A DNA stretch of 59,993 bases, from positions 1-59,993 of the forward strand of contig WFTK01000003.1 of assembly GCA_015485505.1 (NCBI GenBank). The letters run 5' to 3'. The notes under the pieces were generated by a model that searched no databases, was not told the DNA's origin, and saw only the letters and a list, made by a program, of their open reading frames with translations. Numbering within the stretch: position 1 is the stretch's first letter; each line of letters opens with the position of its first letter. The position numbers and the translations under genes are program-made. This document shows, piece after piece, positions 1 through 9,290 of this stretch. The DNA is from Patescibacteria group bacterium (GTDB lineage Bacteria > Patescibacteriota > Minisyncoccia > Phycocordibacterales > UBA2100).

Positions 1-648
1 CTGAGCGACCCTGAGGATGAGTATGTGCGCATAGTGGCCAATCGCACTAATAACTCAGCAATAGATATGACGGGTTGGTCTATACACTCAATTGTATCTG
101 ATACACGTATCTATATACCTAAAGCGACACTTATGCTTAAGATGGTTAAGGGTGGCAATACTATACAAAAAGTTTCTCTCGCTCCAGGTGAATATGCAAT
201 ACTCAAAACGGGACAGTCGCCGATACCTGAGTATGCGCAATCATTCCACACCAACAGATGCACGGGTTATCTTAATCAATTTATAGGCTTTAGTCCTAAG
301 TTGCCACAACAGTGCCCTTTGCCAAGTAGCATATTACCTGCCACTGTAGAGAATGTGCGTACTTATGGTAGTGAATGTATAGAGTTCTTACAAGGTGCTA
401 ATAGGTGCACTACATACAACAATGCAATGCCTGCAGATTTGTTACCTGCGTGCCGTGACCTAATATCTAAAAAGCTTACCTATAACTCTTGCTTATCTGA
501 TGAGTTTGCAAAAGATGGATACGACATATTTAATAATGGTGGGTGGTATCTATATTTAGGTATGGACTCTGAGATATGGCGCAACAATTATGAGGCGTTG
601 CAGCTACTAGATGCTGATGGTAAGGTGGTTGATGTACAGCGTTATTAG
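1..648 (+). CDS. 5'-truncated secreted protein; N-part resembles a lamin-tail domain (LTD), C-part is Cys-rich
   Basis: Frame 1 is open from nt 1 (LSDPEDEYVRIVANRTNNSAIDMTGWSIHS...), which resembles the LTD signature EYVEL.N....DLSGW. The C-terminal half has several Cys. Stop at 646-648. Confidence 0.4.
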   Translation: MSDPEDEYVRIVANRTNNSAIDMTGWSIHSIVSDTRIYIPKATLMLKMVKGGNTIQKVSLAPGEYAILKTGQSPIPEYAQSFHTNRCTGYLNQFIGFSPKLPQQCPLPSSILPATVENVRTYGSECIEFLQGANRCTTYNNAMPADLLPACRDLISKKLTYNSCLSDEFAKDGYDIFNNGGWYLYLGMDSEIWRNNYEALQLLDADGKVVDVQRY

Positions 649-680
649 TGTACAATCTCTTGCATTGAAAACCAGTATAT

Positions 681-753
681 CCGCCCATAGCTCAGCTGGT
701 AGAGCAACGGACTTTTAATCCGTGTGTCGCAGGTTCGAGCCCTGCTGGGCGGA
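681..753 (+). tRNA. tRNA-Lys (anticodon UUU), no encoded CCA
   Basis: Cloverleaf read by eye: acceptor CCGCCCA/TGGGCGG, D arm GCTC..GAGC, anticodon arm ACGGA-CTTTTAA-TCCGT, T arm GCAGG-TTCGAGC-CCTGC, discriminator A. Confidence 0.9.
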
Positions 754-754
754 C
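740..754 (+). repeat. Direct repeat copy 1 (CCCTGCTGGGCGGAC), the 3' end of tRNA-Lys
   Basis: Exact 15-mer recurs at 893-907. Confidence 0.9.
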
Positions 755-892
755 TGAATGAACGAAGTAAATGAAGGACAACCAGAGAAAGCTCTGGGAG
801 AGCTTTCGTCAGGGCTCGAAAAGGTTGCCAGCATTTTATAAGCTTGCGAAATAAAAGGCGGCAACCTGTACTGGTCATGTAATGACCGAGAT

Positions 893-907
893 CCCTGCTG
901 GGCGGAC
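893..907 (+). repeat. Direct repeat copy 2 of the tRNA-Lys 3' end (att-like remnant)
   Basis: Exact 15-mer CCCTGCTGGGCGGAC. Upstream context CGAGAT vs CGAG in the tRNA. Confidence 0.9.
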
Positions 908-919
908 AACATATATAAT

Positions 920-2140
920 TTATTTAACCTCACAAGTAGCCTCTGCCACAACCTTGTCAGACTGTGCGCAGATTATCTTATACATACCACTAGGTGCATT
1001 AATAGCCTCTATGGCCCCAACATTAGCTCCATGAGTATTAAACCTGTTACCCTTAGGGGCATACCCCTTGGCTGCAGTCGTAACGCTCGGGCACGCCCAC
1101 TTAAGTTTAATCCCCCTACCTGTAGGCTCACACTGTAGCGTTGCCTTACTAAAGCCATCATTCTTTATAACTTTACCCTGTTGTGAGTCGCCTCTATATT
1201 TATCAAGCCAATTTGACTCACCCCTTGAAGATGACGGTTGCGGAGCCCTATAAGAATTATTAGATTTCTGGCTGTATTGTGTATATGCAGACTGTCTTAT
1301 CGGAGACACTGGTACTTGTTGCTGTACCTGCTTACCTCTATATGAGCCCCACCACTGTTGAGCTAAATTCTGTACCTGGTCTGTAACTCTGGTTGCAGCA
1401 GTACTTTGTGACGGTATGTCTGACGGTACTCCTGCTGCACCCCCGAGAGACATTCTGCCCTCCGTTAAGACAGCTACTCTAGCCACCATAGCCTTCCAGA
1501 GGGTGTTATTTATCGGCGAGACACCATTCTTTACAGGATTAAAACAACTAGGCAATTTACTATACGCATAATCACGTGTCTCTTTAGGCAATCTACTCTT
1601 AGGCAAGCCAACTCTACCGGGGCCACCATTGTATGCTATAGCTGCTACCGTCCTACCATTTATTGGCCCATATCTAGGCACATACTTCATTAGATGATCG
1701 TTAAATATAAGAGCTCCCGCCTCTATAGAAAACCGTGTGTCTCTATAGAGTAAATCAGGTCTATTATCTAGATAAAAGCCACCTTTCTTGGTGCGTGCAT
1801 AATCAGCAAGTGTAGCAGGCATAACTTGAGTAATGCCACGAGCTCCTGCTCCAGATGTTATGTTTTGCCTTGTGCCTATCTGTCCCCCACTCTCCATACA
1901 CATAATCGCTAATACATCTGCATGAGTTATTTGGGCATTAGGCACCCTAGCATGTATATTGTTAACTACAGCATGTATCTCATCACCTAATCTCTCCCCT
2001 AGAGCCTGCTGAGATTGAATACCGGCCGCCGCTATATTGTTTATTGCTGAGCGCATGACACCCTGAAGAGGCTGTGGCATTTGAATAAACAATAAACTCA
2101 ACGCCAATGTCAGTGATGATGCTAACACTATGTTCTTCAT
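920..2140 (-). CDS. Secreted lytic transglycosylase (SLT/GH23-like) with a C-terminal Cys-bounded beta module
   Basis: Signal peptide MKNIVLASSLTLALSLLF. SLT motifs CMESGG (catalytic E-S), GITQVMP (GLMQ-like) and AYNGGPGRV (AYNxG). C-terminus LQCEP...KLKWACP...YKIICAQ...ATCEV. Confidence 0.75.
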   Translation of the reverse strand: MKNIVLASSLTLALSLLFIQMPQPLQGVMRSAINNIAAAGIQSQQALGERLGDEIHAVVNNIHARVPNAQITHADVLAIMCMESGGQIGTRQNITSGAGARGITQVMPATLADYARTKKGGFYLDNRPDLLYRDTRFSIEAGALIFNDHLMKYVPRYGPINGRTVAAIAYNGGPGRVGLPKSRLPKETRDYAYSKLPSCFNPVKNGVSPINNTLWKAMVARVAVLTEGRMSLGGAAGVPSDIPSQSTAATRVTDQVQNLAQQWWGSYRGKQVQQQVPVSPIRQSAYTQYSQKSNNSYRAPQPSSSRGESNWLDKYRGDSQQGKVIKNDGFSKATLQCEPTGRGIKLKWACPSVTTAAKGYAPKGNRFNTHGANVGAIEAINAPSGMYKIICAQSDKVVAEATCEVK

Positions 2141-2142
2141 AC

Positions 2143-3834
2143 CTACTTCTGTAAAACATTAACTGTACTTATGTATACAGACTCCTCCCCTATTGTGTTA
2201 ACACAATTTAACTTAAATTCAGTAGTGTCGTTAGCTATACCCTTTAGACTACCATTACTGTTAAGTTTAGATCTTAACTGTGAGTCCTGTGTGCTAAGAG
2301 TACATGTATTGCCACATTGCACACCCCAGCTCAGATTAACCTTTTTGCCAGCCCAAGACTCTTTACATTCTTGCTCTGTCATATCTGGAGTACAGGCCTC
2401 TCTATATACCTGATCTGGGTCTACAAATATACCCGTATCAGCAATCTCTGTAGTACACTCACCAACGGCAGCATCATTGATAACTTCATTAGAAGCAACT
2501 GATAGAGACTTTAGGGCTGCCGCTGTTACAGCACTATTATTAATAGGCATAGATGTATTAGTATCACACCAAAAACATAGTGCCTCTTTGACCCACTTAC
2601 CAATACGAGTAAATACTCCGGGGGTTTCTCCACCACTAGTCTCTATAGAGTTACCATCTATATACCCCCCACCGAGACCTAAACCACCCGTGGTAGGACT
2701 CTGGGGCCTACTCCAGACACCGTATATCTCTTGATCTGTTAATCCGTTAGTATCCCTCCTTATGTCTTTTGTATTTATATTATAGTCTCCACCACTATTA
2801 TATAAGTTCCTATCTGTATAGTCGTACCAATCATCTTTATTTATACTATTAACATTTTGAGGGTTCTGTCGCCTGTTAGTATTATTGTTAATATTCACCT
2901 CAGAATACACATCACCACCAGTGATAACACCCGGCACATTTGTTGAGCCATCAGTAGGCGTGTCACTATCATTATCAGATGTTATTGAGTCTAAGTATGA
3001 GCTAGTATCATCATCATATAAAGGTCCGGTATCTTGTAGAGAGTCACTATTATCAGACCAAATATCTACCCCATAGTCGTCAGTGACACCTGTTGACACA
3101 TCAGAGGTACTCTCATCATCAGTTGGATTATCAGGACCAACATACACACGCACTGGTGCACACTTAGCCTCACCTTTGCTATTTTTAAGCGTTACTGTGT
3201 ACGTAGTACTCTCACTTGGTGATACTTGTACACTTGTACCCCTAACAATACCTACTGAAGGCATCACTGTAGTAACCTCTGCCAAGCCCCCACTAGACAC
3301 CCAAGATATTGTAGCGCTCTCTCCCGGCCTTAGTGGTAAGTTCGGACTCTTGCTTATAGATGTACACCTGGGCCTCTCTCGACCATCACCTGTACCCCCA
3401 TATCCTCCACCCCCACCTCCAATTTGACCTATCAACCCCTTGATTGTGTCACTTAAAAAATTGTCTCCTAGCAGGTCTTTAAGCTGCATTTTTGTAGATG
3501 TTTGTGCATCTACCCAACTTGTTGCCATACAGCACCCTGTACCTTGAAAATCCATACAAACACCCTCTATTGTCCCTGATTTTGGAGTCTCAGCATAGCA
3601 AGGGTTCGGTAAAACCTTACCTGTAAAGGGGTCTCTAGCCTTACACATACTGTCTTGCACTACTATTGTGCCGTTTTGAGGGCATGCCCCATCGGCATAT
3701 GCAACAGATAATGCAGATTGACGCTCTTTAGAATTTTTAACAAGCTCCGAGCTTAAGCCTACGCCACCAACTATGAGCACCACTACAAACATTGGTGCAA
3801 ATAATCTGTATAACATGTTTAAAGTCTCTTTCAT
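2143..3834 (-). CDS. Membrane-anchored/secreted repeat protein of unknown function
   Basis: N-terminal hydrophobic anchor (FAPMFVVVLIVGGVGL), Gly-rich tract, D/S/T-rich low-complexity region. Its Ig-like module ATISWVSSG...STTYTVTLKNSKGEAKCAPVRVYV is shared with the neighbouring gene. Confidence 0.6.
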   Translation of the reverse strand: MKETLNMLYRLFAPMFVVVLIVGGVGLSSELVKNSKERQSALSVAYADGACPQNGTIVVQDSMCKARDPFTGKVLPNPCYAETPKSGTIEGVCMDFQGTGCCMATSWVDAQTSTKMQLKDLLGDNFLSDTIKGLIGQIGGGGGGYGGTGDGRERPRCTSISKSPNLPLRPGESATISWVSSGGLAEVTTVMPSVGIVRGTSVQVSPSESTTYTVTLKNSKGEAKCAPVRVYVGPDNPTDDESTSDVSTGVTDDYGVDIWSDNSDSLQDTGPLYDDDTSSYLDSITSDNDSDTPTDGSTNVPGVITGGDVYSEVNINNNTNRRQNPQNVNSINKDDWYDYTDRNLYNSGGDYNINTKDIRRDTNGLTDQEIYGVWSRPQSPTTGGLGLGGGYIDGNSIETSGGETPGVFTRIGKWVKEALCFWCDTNTSMPINNSAVTAAALKSLSVASNEVINDAAVGECTTEIADTGIFVDPDQVYREACTPDMTEQECKESWAGKKVNLSWGVQCGNTCTLSTQDSQLRSKLNSNGSLKGIANDTTEFKLNCVNTIGEESVYISTVNVLQK

Positions 3835-3839
3835 AAAAA

Positions 3840-5678
3840 TTATTTAACTACAATTGTAAGCTCTTTGGTTGGTAATATAGTTTTATCTGCAATACAGATT
3901 AAACTAAATGTTGTTGTGTCATATAAAGCTGCATATATGTTACCTCTATTACCATACTTTTCTAAATTACCTACACTGCTGGTAATCCTGCAGTTATCGG
4001 TATTATCACCCCTCCACGCAATGTTAACAACCTCACCTCTTCTCACCTCTTCTTTATCTGCAGCCAAGTTAACAGTAGGCTGTCCATTACCTACTGGTGT
4101 TGGTAATGGCGTGTCAACCACCTCTATATTACAAGAGTTGCGCCCAAGTTCTTCTCCTGTATCACTCATACAACGTACTACAAACTTACCATCAGTTTGC
4201 ATATCAGGCAGCTCAGTAGATCCACTTAATTTCCCACCTGTCCTAAAGTTAGGGTACTCTGTGCTTGAGCCAGTAGCAGACGCAACTCCTCTAGGGCATT
4301 GCCACAAGATGACACCCTTACCACCTTTTGATACTCTCTCGGGGCTACAGCTAATTGTAGGCTCTTTGTTACTTGTATCCGAGTCATCATCAACCTCCTG
4401 GCTAGGTACTACTCGCACGGTTACGGGGTCACAACTCTCATATCCATTTTTATTATGCAACTGCATTGTATACGTAGTTGTCTCACTTGGTGTAATTTTA
4501 ATAGAGTCTGTAGTTGGGCGCACAAGGCCAATGTTTGGAGTAATATATGCAGAGCTAGTGTACTCAAGAGCCCACTGCAAGGTCGTGCTCTGCCCCTCCT
4601 CTATCTCTGAGTCTAGTGCAGCAAATACAGAGCACTCAGGCATTATCTTGCGTTGTTGTTGAGCACCTCTTGCACCTCCACCACCTAAAGACTGCTTAAT
4701 TGCATCCCAAATAGATTGACGTTGTTGCTGTGGCTGTTGAGGCCTCCTTAATTGTGGTGGTAATTGTTGTTGCGCCTGTGTAGGCGGCGGACTGTACCTA
4801 GCTGCAGGTGTCTGAAGTCGCGGAGTTGGAGGTGACGGTGACGTACTTTCTTCATCTGACCCAGTTAATACCGTAGGTGCACTAGATCCTGACTCTGTTT
4901 TTGGGACTATTGATGGGATAGAGGCTATAGGCCCGGATGTCTCTGTCCCTCGCTTACGCTCTTCTGTAGAAGCATCTTTTGGTAATTTACGTATACAAGA
5001 TTTTATACTACCCCCGGGAGAGTCGACCTCCACAATACCATTATAGCAAGTCAGCTTGTATTTACCCTCGCCTAAGTCTCGATTATCCTTTATGCAACTA
5101 GCATCAATAAGAGATTTGCCCGACCCTGGGCTTATAACATACTTAAGATACGGCACACTCCTATGTCCAAAACGAGCTGAGCAGAATACTTGAGCGGCCG
5201 CTCTCTGTAGATCTTCTCGGTTTTCTTTATAGTCTTCCAGTACTTTTTTATAGTTAGGCTTATAAAGACATAGAGCCCCACTGACATTTGCCGTATCACT
5301 ATCATTTAACCAAGCCAATAAATCTTGATTGGAAAAAGATTTAACCGATGATGAGTCTATAATACAAACAACACCAGAGTCAGATGAAATATTTGGAGAA
5401 CTCTTAACTATTCTCCGCCAATCTAATGGACTTAATGCACCTTTCATTAGAAGCTTGGTTGAAAATAAATCCCTACCAACTTCAGATATTACGTATGATT
5501 CTAAAATATACCCTTTATCCCTTTGCGATTTCGGCATTGCACTGTAGACCGCTCGTACTTCTTTTAACTTAGCGTCTATACTAGCTGCAAAATCCGGAGA
5601 GAAGGCTGAACTAATATTTGGTATTGAGCTAGCGCTTATAATAACAAGGGGTAATAATAAGAGTATTTTACGAATCAT
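3840..5678 (-). CDS. Secreted repeat protein of unknown function (paralogous modules to 2143-3834)
   Basis: Signal peptide MIRKILLLLPLVIISASS, P/Q-rich linker, three Cys-bounded beta modules (TTLQWALEY...TTYTMQLHNKNGYESCDPVTVRVV; ISCSPE...CNIEVV; VNIAWRGDN...SLICIAD...LTIVV). Confidence 0.6.
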   Translation of the reverse strand: MIRKILLLLPLVIISASSIPNISSAFSPDFAASIDAKLKEVRAVYSAMPKSQRDKGYILESYVISEVGRDLFSTKLLMKGALSPLDWRRIVKSSPNISSDSGVVCIIDSSSVKSFSNQDLLAWLNDSDTANVSGALCLYKPNYKKVLEDYKENREDLQRAAAQVFCSARFGHRSVPYLKYVISPGSGKSLIDASCIKDNRDLGEGKYKLTCYNGIVEVDSPGGSIKSCIRKLPKDASTEERKRGTETSGPIASIPSIVPKTESGSSAPTVLTGSDEESTSPSPPTPRLQTPAARYSPPPTQAQQQLPPQLRRPQQPQQQRQSIWDAIKQSLGGGGARGAQQQRKIMPECSVFAALDSEIEEGQSTTLQWALEYTSSAYITPNIGLVRPTTDSIKITPSETTTYTMQLHNKNGYESCDPVTVRVVPSQEVDDDSDTSNKEPTISCSPERVSKGGKGVILWQCPRGVASATGSSTEYPNFRTGGKLSGSTELPDMQTDGKFVVRCMSDTGEELGRNSCNIEVVDTPLPTPVGNGQPTVNLAADKEEVRRGEVVNIAWRGDNTDNCRITSSVGNLEKYGNRGNIYAALYDTTTFSLICIADKTILPTKELTIVVK

Positions 5679-5731
5679 ACCGTTAATAATACACCAAAAG
5701 GCTTTATTAAGGTCTTAGTTATACACAAATA

Positions 5732-6376
5732 TTAGACTTGTAATAACAGTCTCTCTAGCGCATTAAATACGCTTACGGCGTCTCTACGTGCTTTATGAGG
5801 CAGCCCAGCTAAGCTTATAGCTAGATGCTTAAGTTCACTCTCGCTCCACTTATTATTTTGCCTTTTAATCAACATATCTTTGACTGCCCAAAAGAGCATC
5901 CCTGCAACTCCTTCTCCCTCTACACCGCTTAGTCTTGCTATTGTTAGCTCTGTCCATAATCGCTTCTTATCTCTACTCTTAAGTGCGTTAGCAATACCAA
6001 ATATATTAAACTTTCCTGTACTCTTGCTCGCCTTACTCTCAACTAATTTATCACAGTTACCCTCCAAGTCTCTCAAGACTACCACACCTAATCTCTCGGC
6101 AAGTAGTACACACACATGCCCAGACACGTGCATCTTTTTATACTCCTCTTTGCTCCACTCTTTGTATAAATCATTAAGATTATCTAGGTAAATTATATAA
6201 CTACTCTTAAAGAGCCCTTGAGTGGCTAATAAATTCTCTAGGTTTAGGTCCCCAGTTTCATCTTGAGTTACTCTTACAAGCTCCGCATCTGCATGCTTAC
6301 TCTGCAGAGCTTGCACAAGAGCATTGGCCTTAGCTCTACTACTCTCTGCATCACTGCCATAAAATACATATAACAT
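5732..6376 (-). CDS. Possible compact DNA polymerase III delta subunit (HolA-like)
   Basis: MLYVFYGSD start, GLFKSSYIIYLDN (LF..r.v.l pattern) and C-terminal FGIANAL..RDKK..W..L pattern typical of HolA. Only 214 aa. Confidence 0.5.
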   Translation of the reverse strand: MLYVFYGSDAESSRAKANALVQALQSKHADAELVRVTQDETGDLNLENLLATQGLFKSSYIIYLDNLNDLYKEWSKEEYKKMHVSGHVCVLLAERLGVVVLRDLEGNCDKLVESKASKSTGKFNIFGIANALKSRDKKRLWTELTIARLSGVEGEGVAGMLFWAVKDMLIKRQNNKWSESELKHLAISLAGLPHKARRDAVSVFNALERLLLQV

Positions 6377-6377
6377 A

Positions 6378-8783
6378 CTATAGCTCTAACTTAGTCATAT
6401 CAGCCCAATTACTACCAACCTTAACATCTACCACTAGCGGCACTGGCAACTCGGCAACATTCTCCATAATACTCTTTAACTCTTTTATATTGTCAGTTAC
6501 TACTACATTATCTGCACTACCTTCAACCTCATATATAAGCTCATCATGCACTTGCAATAATAACTTAATATCACTACTGAGCTTGTGCTCTTTAATGTAT
6601 TTATCTGTAGCTATCATCGCAAGTTTGGTGATGTCGGCCGATGTACCTTGCACAGGAGCATTGACCGCCATCCTCTCTGCAGCTGCACGTATAAACGGTA
6701 ATTTAGAATTAAGTCCCTCAAAGTAACGCCTACGGCCAAAGATTGTCTGCGTATAACCGAGTCTCGCTGCCTCAGACTTGGTCTTATCTATCCACTGGGC
6801 CAAGCCACTAAAGCTCTCAAAGTACGCCGCCAAGTACTCCCGAGCCTCCTTAACAGTTACCGGCTCGTCACTACCCTCTTGCAAACTTGCACGTAAGGCA
6901 TTGACCCCCATGCCATAGAGTATGCCGAAGTTTATAACCTTGGCCTTGCGACGCATGTCTGGTGTCACACTCTCTGGCAGCACACCAAATACCTCACTAG
7001 CAACCTTATTGTGTATATCCTCACCATTTTTAAATACCTCTATAAGCTTAGGGTCGCCAGAGAGCACCGCTGCACAACGCAACTCTACCTGAGAGTAGTC
7101 TAATGCTACTAAGGTGCTACCTGCGGGAGCAACAAAGCCTCCGCGGACCCTCTTGCCATACTCACTCTTAGTAGGGATGTTCTGCACATTTGGATTTTGG
7201 CTTGCCATACGCCCTGTGGTGGTGCCTGTTTGCAAAAACTCTGTATGCAGCCGCCCATCATTACCAACCATCTTGGGCATATTATCTACATATGTTGAGA
7301 GTAACTTCTGCAACTCTCTATACTCAAATATTTTGTTTATTATAGGGTTCTCCTCTGCGAGCTTTTTAAGCTCCTTTTCATTAGTGCTGTATTGCCCGCT
7401 TGCTGTCTTCTTCTTAGTCGCCAGCCCCATCTTATTAAAGAGCACTTCACCAAGCTGCTTGGGCGAGCGGATGTTAAACTCTACGCCAGCCATATCAAAT
7501 ATCTCTCCCTCAATCCTATTAAGCTCGCTATGGTACTCCTTAGAGAGTGCTTGCAGATACTCAATATCTAGCTTAATGCCCGTCTTATTCATCTGCTCTA
7601 TTATAGGTATCAGTGGCTCCTCTATATCTTTAAACACCCTTTCTAGCTCTCGCTCTTTAAGTAGCTGCTCTATTGCCTCCTTAGCTTTACTAAATTCTCT
7701 TTGGTGAGTAAATTGTAATATATCATCTAGTGTTGGGTTTGTGATATCAGAGTTAATAAGCCACAGCATTATACCTACTCTCTTTAGCTCCAACTCATCA
7801 ATCTCCTCATTCTGCTCTAGGCTCTGCTGCGTCTCCTCTTTAGCGCTCTGAGGCTCTAGTAGCTCTCTAACCCGATTAACAAGAGTACGCAGCTCGAGCT
7901 CTTGCAAGAGCTTGTACACCTGCTGGGTGTCCACACTCTCAAGCCACTTCCCTTTAGGGAGCTTATACTCAATATCAGCATCTGTCTTAATTGTCGCCAG
8001 CATCTTAGAGAAGTAGGCCTCATCCTTACCCTCTAACAGTAATCCTAATGTACGAGGAGTGAGCCCGACCTCTTTCAGCTTAGTCTTGTCAGTAGCGTCT
8101 AATGTCTCAAGAGTTTTATATATATTGTCTAAGTTGCCATATTTAACTATTAGTGTTGTTGCCGTCTTCTCCCCTATGCCCTTAATACCGGGGATGTTGT
8201 CTGAGGGGTCACCTCTGAGACCCTTATAGTCTGGTAGTAGTTTAGGTCCAAATTTAAATCTCTCAAGTACTGCCTCTTCGTTATATATAACAGTATCTTT
8301 AACTCCCTTCTTTAGTGTATATACACGCACCTTATCATCATTTATAAGTTGCATGGTATCCATATCACCAGATGCTATTACAACATCAAGGTTCTTATTG
8401 TCACTCACTTGCTCTACTATTGTACCCAACAGGTCATCTGCCTCGTAGCCCTCGAGCTCGTATATTGGTATGTTAAACGCTTTAAAGACATCTCGTGCCC
8501 GCACAATCTGCTCCACTAAGGCATCGTCACTCTTCTTGCGAGAGCCTTTATACTCTTTAAAGACTTCATGACGAAATGTCGGCTTAGGTAAGTCAAAGCA
8601 TGCAGCTATATAATCGGGCTTAATGTCTTTAATTATATTGACCAGCATTGCCACTATGCCGTAGAGAGCCCCAGTAGGCTCGCCTTTACTACTACTAAAG
8701 TCGGGCAAAGCGTGATATGCGCGGTGGATTATAGCGTGCGCGTCTAGTAGCACCAGTGTCTTCTTTTTACTCTCTTTTGCCAT
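6378..8783 (-). CDS. polA: DNA polymerase I (5'-3' exonuclease plus polymerase domains)
   Basis: N-terminal FEN-like LVLLDAHAIIHRAYHAL. Pol A motifs DYSQVELR, RRKAKVINFGILYGM, QVHDELIYEV. Confidence 0.95.
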   Translation of the reverse strand: MAKESKKKTLVLLDAHAIIHRAYHALPDFSSSKGEPTGALYGIVAMLVNIIKDIKPDYIAACFDLPKPTFRHEVFKEYKGSRKKSDDALVEQIVRARDVFKAFNIPIYELEGYEADDLLGTIVEQVSDNKNLDVVIASGDMDTMQLINDDKVRVYTLKKGVKDTVIYNEEAVLERFKFGPKLLPDYKGLRGDPSDNIPGIKGIGEKTATTLIVKYGNLDNIYKTLETLDATDKTKLKEVGLTPRTLGLLLEGKDEAYFSKMLATIKTDADIEYKLPKGKWLESVDTQQVYKLLQELELRTLVNRVRELLEPQSAKEETQQSLEQNEEIDELELKRVGIMLWLINSDITNPTLDDILQFTHQREFSKAKEAIEQLLKERELERVFKDIEEPLIPIIEQMNKTGIKLDIEYLQALSKEYHSELNRIEGEIFDMAGVEFNIRSPKQLGEVLFNKMGLATKKKTASGQYSTNEKELKKLAEENPIINKIFEYRELQKLLSTYVDNMPKMVGNDGRLHTEFLQTGTTTGRMASQNPNVQNIPTKSEYGKRVRGGFVAPAGSTLVALDYSQVELRCAAVLSGDPKLIEVFKNGEDIHNKVASEVFGVLPESVTPDMRRKAKVINFGILYGMGVNALRASLQEGSDEPVTVKEAREYLAAYFESFSGLAQWIDKTKSEAARLGYTQTIFGRRRYFEGLNSKLPFIRAAAERMAVNAPVQGTSADITKLAMIATDKYIKEHKLSSDIKLLLQVHDELIYEVEGSADNVVVTDNIKELKSIMENVAELPVPLVVDVKVGSNWADMTKLEL

Positions 8784-8786
8784 TGT

Positions 8787-9275
8787 TTATATTGTAGCAT
8801 TAATACAAACCTTGCGCGTTGTATCATCAATATACTCAAATGTCATATTTAATACATCTTTAGGTAAAGCGCTCTTAATATTCTCTGGCCACTCTATAAC
8901 TATTAATGTATTTGGATCTGCTAGGGTCTTATTAAAATCTAACACTCCCATATCTGTACCACTCTCTAATCTGTATGCATCTATGTGCACTAATTGCCTA
9001 ATTCCATCAACAGCGAGGCCTTGCCTCGCTGTTTGAGGTGGTATGTTATACGCCTTTTGTATTACAAATGTTGGACTTGTGATTGGTTCTACTATACCAA
9101 GCTGTTTAGCCAGGCCCTTAGTAAAAGTTGTCTTGCCAGTGCCTAAATCCCCATTAAGTGCCCATAACTTGGCGGTCGAACCACCAAGTTTCAAAGTGTC
9201 TAATACAACTTTAGCCACCTCCTCCATTTTTTGTTCACTATCAACTATATATTCTCTTTTATCCATACCAAGCAT
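8787..9275 (-). CDS. tsaE: tRNA t6A biosynthesis ATPase TsaE
   Basis: P-loop LNGDLGTGKTTFTKGLAKQLG plus SPTF and HIDAYRL motifs. Start set at the first ATG (M16 of the tracked ORF, which begins at a TTG). Confidence 0.85.
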   Translation of the reverse strand: MLGMDKREYIVDSEQKMEEVAKVVLDTLKLGGSTAKLWALNGDLGTGKTTFTKGLAKQLGIVEPITSPTFVIQKAYNIPPQTARQGLAVDGIRQLVHIDAYRLESGTDMGVLDFNKTLADPNTLIVIEWPENIKSALPKDVLNMTFEYIDDTTRKVCINATI

Positions 9276-9283
9276 GGTATCAT
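9275..9283 (+). promoter_or_regulatory. Extended -10 (TGGTATCAT) placed 7 nt before the pilB ATG
   Basis: TGnTATCAT-N7-ATG(9291). A mirror copy TGGTATCAT lies on the minus strand at 9315-9307. Confidence 0.55.
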
Positions 9284-9290
9284 TAAGGTA

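Noticed and set aside
645-951. Two minus-strand ORFs (645-878, 715-951) in the tRNA-Lys region
   Set aside because: They run antisense through the tRNA gene and the hairpin-rich spacer and have no recognisable protein features. They are most likely non-coding.
3865-4662. Long antisense ORFs opposite real genes (e.g. 3865-4662, 7114-7707, 30978-31493, 42216-42896, 44911-45474, 55836-56345)
   Set aside because: Each lies entirely inside a strongly supported gene on the other strand (polA, tuf, rplL, cca etc.) and translates to low-complexity S/L/P-rich sequence. These are shadow ORFs.
2143-5678. Diversity-generating retroelement (TR/VR pair) suggested by nucleotide similarity between module-coding segments
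   Set aside because: No reverse transcriptase or accessory gene lies nearby. The two segments differ at all base types rather than specifically at adenines, and the similarity extends over whole domains. This is ordinary paralogy.
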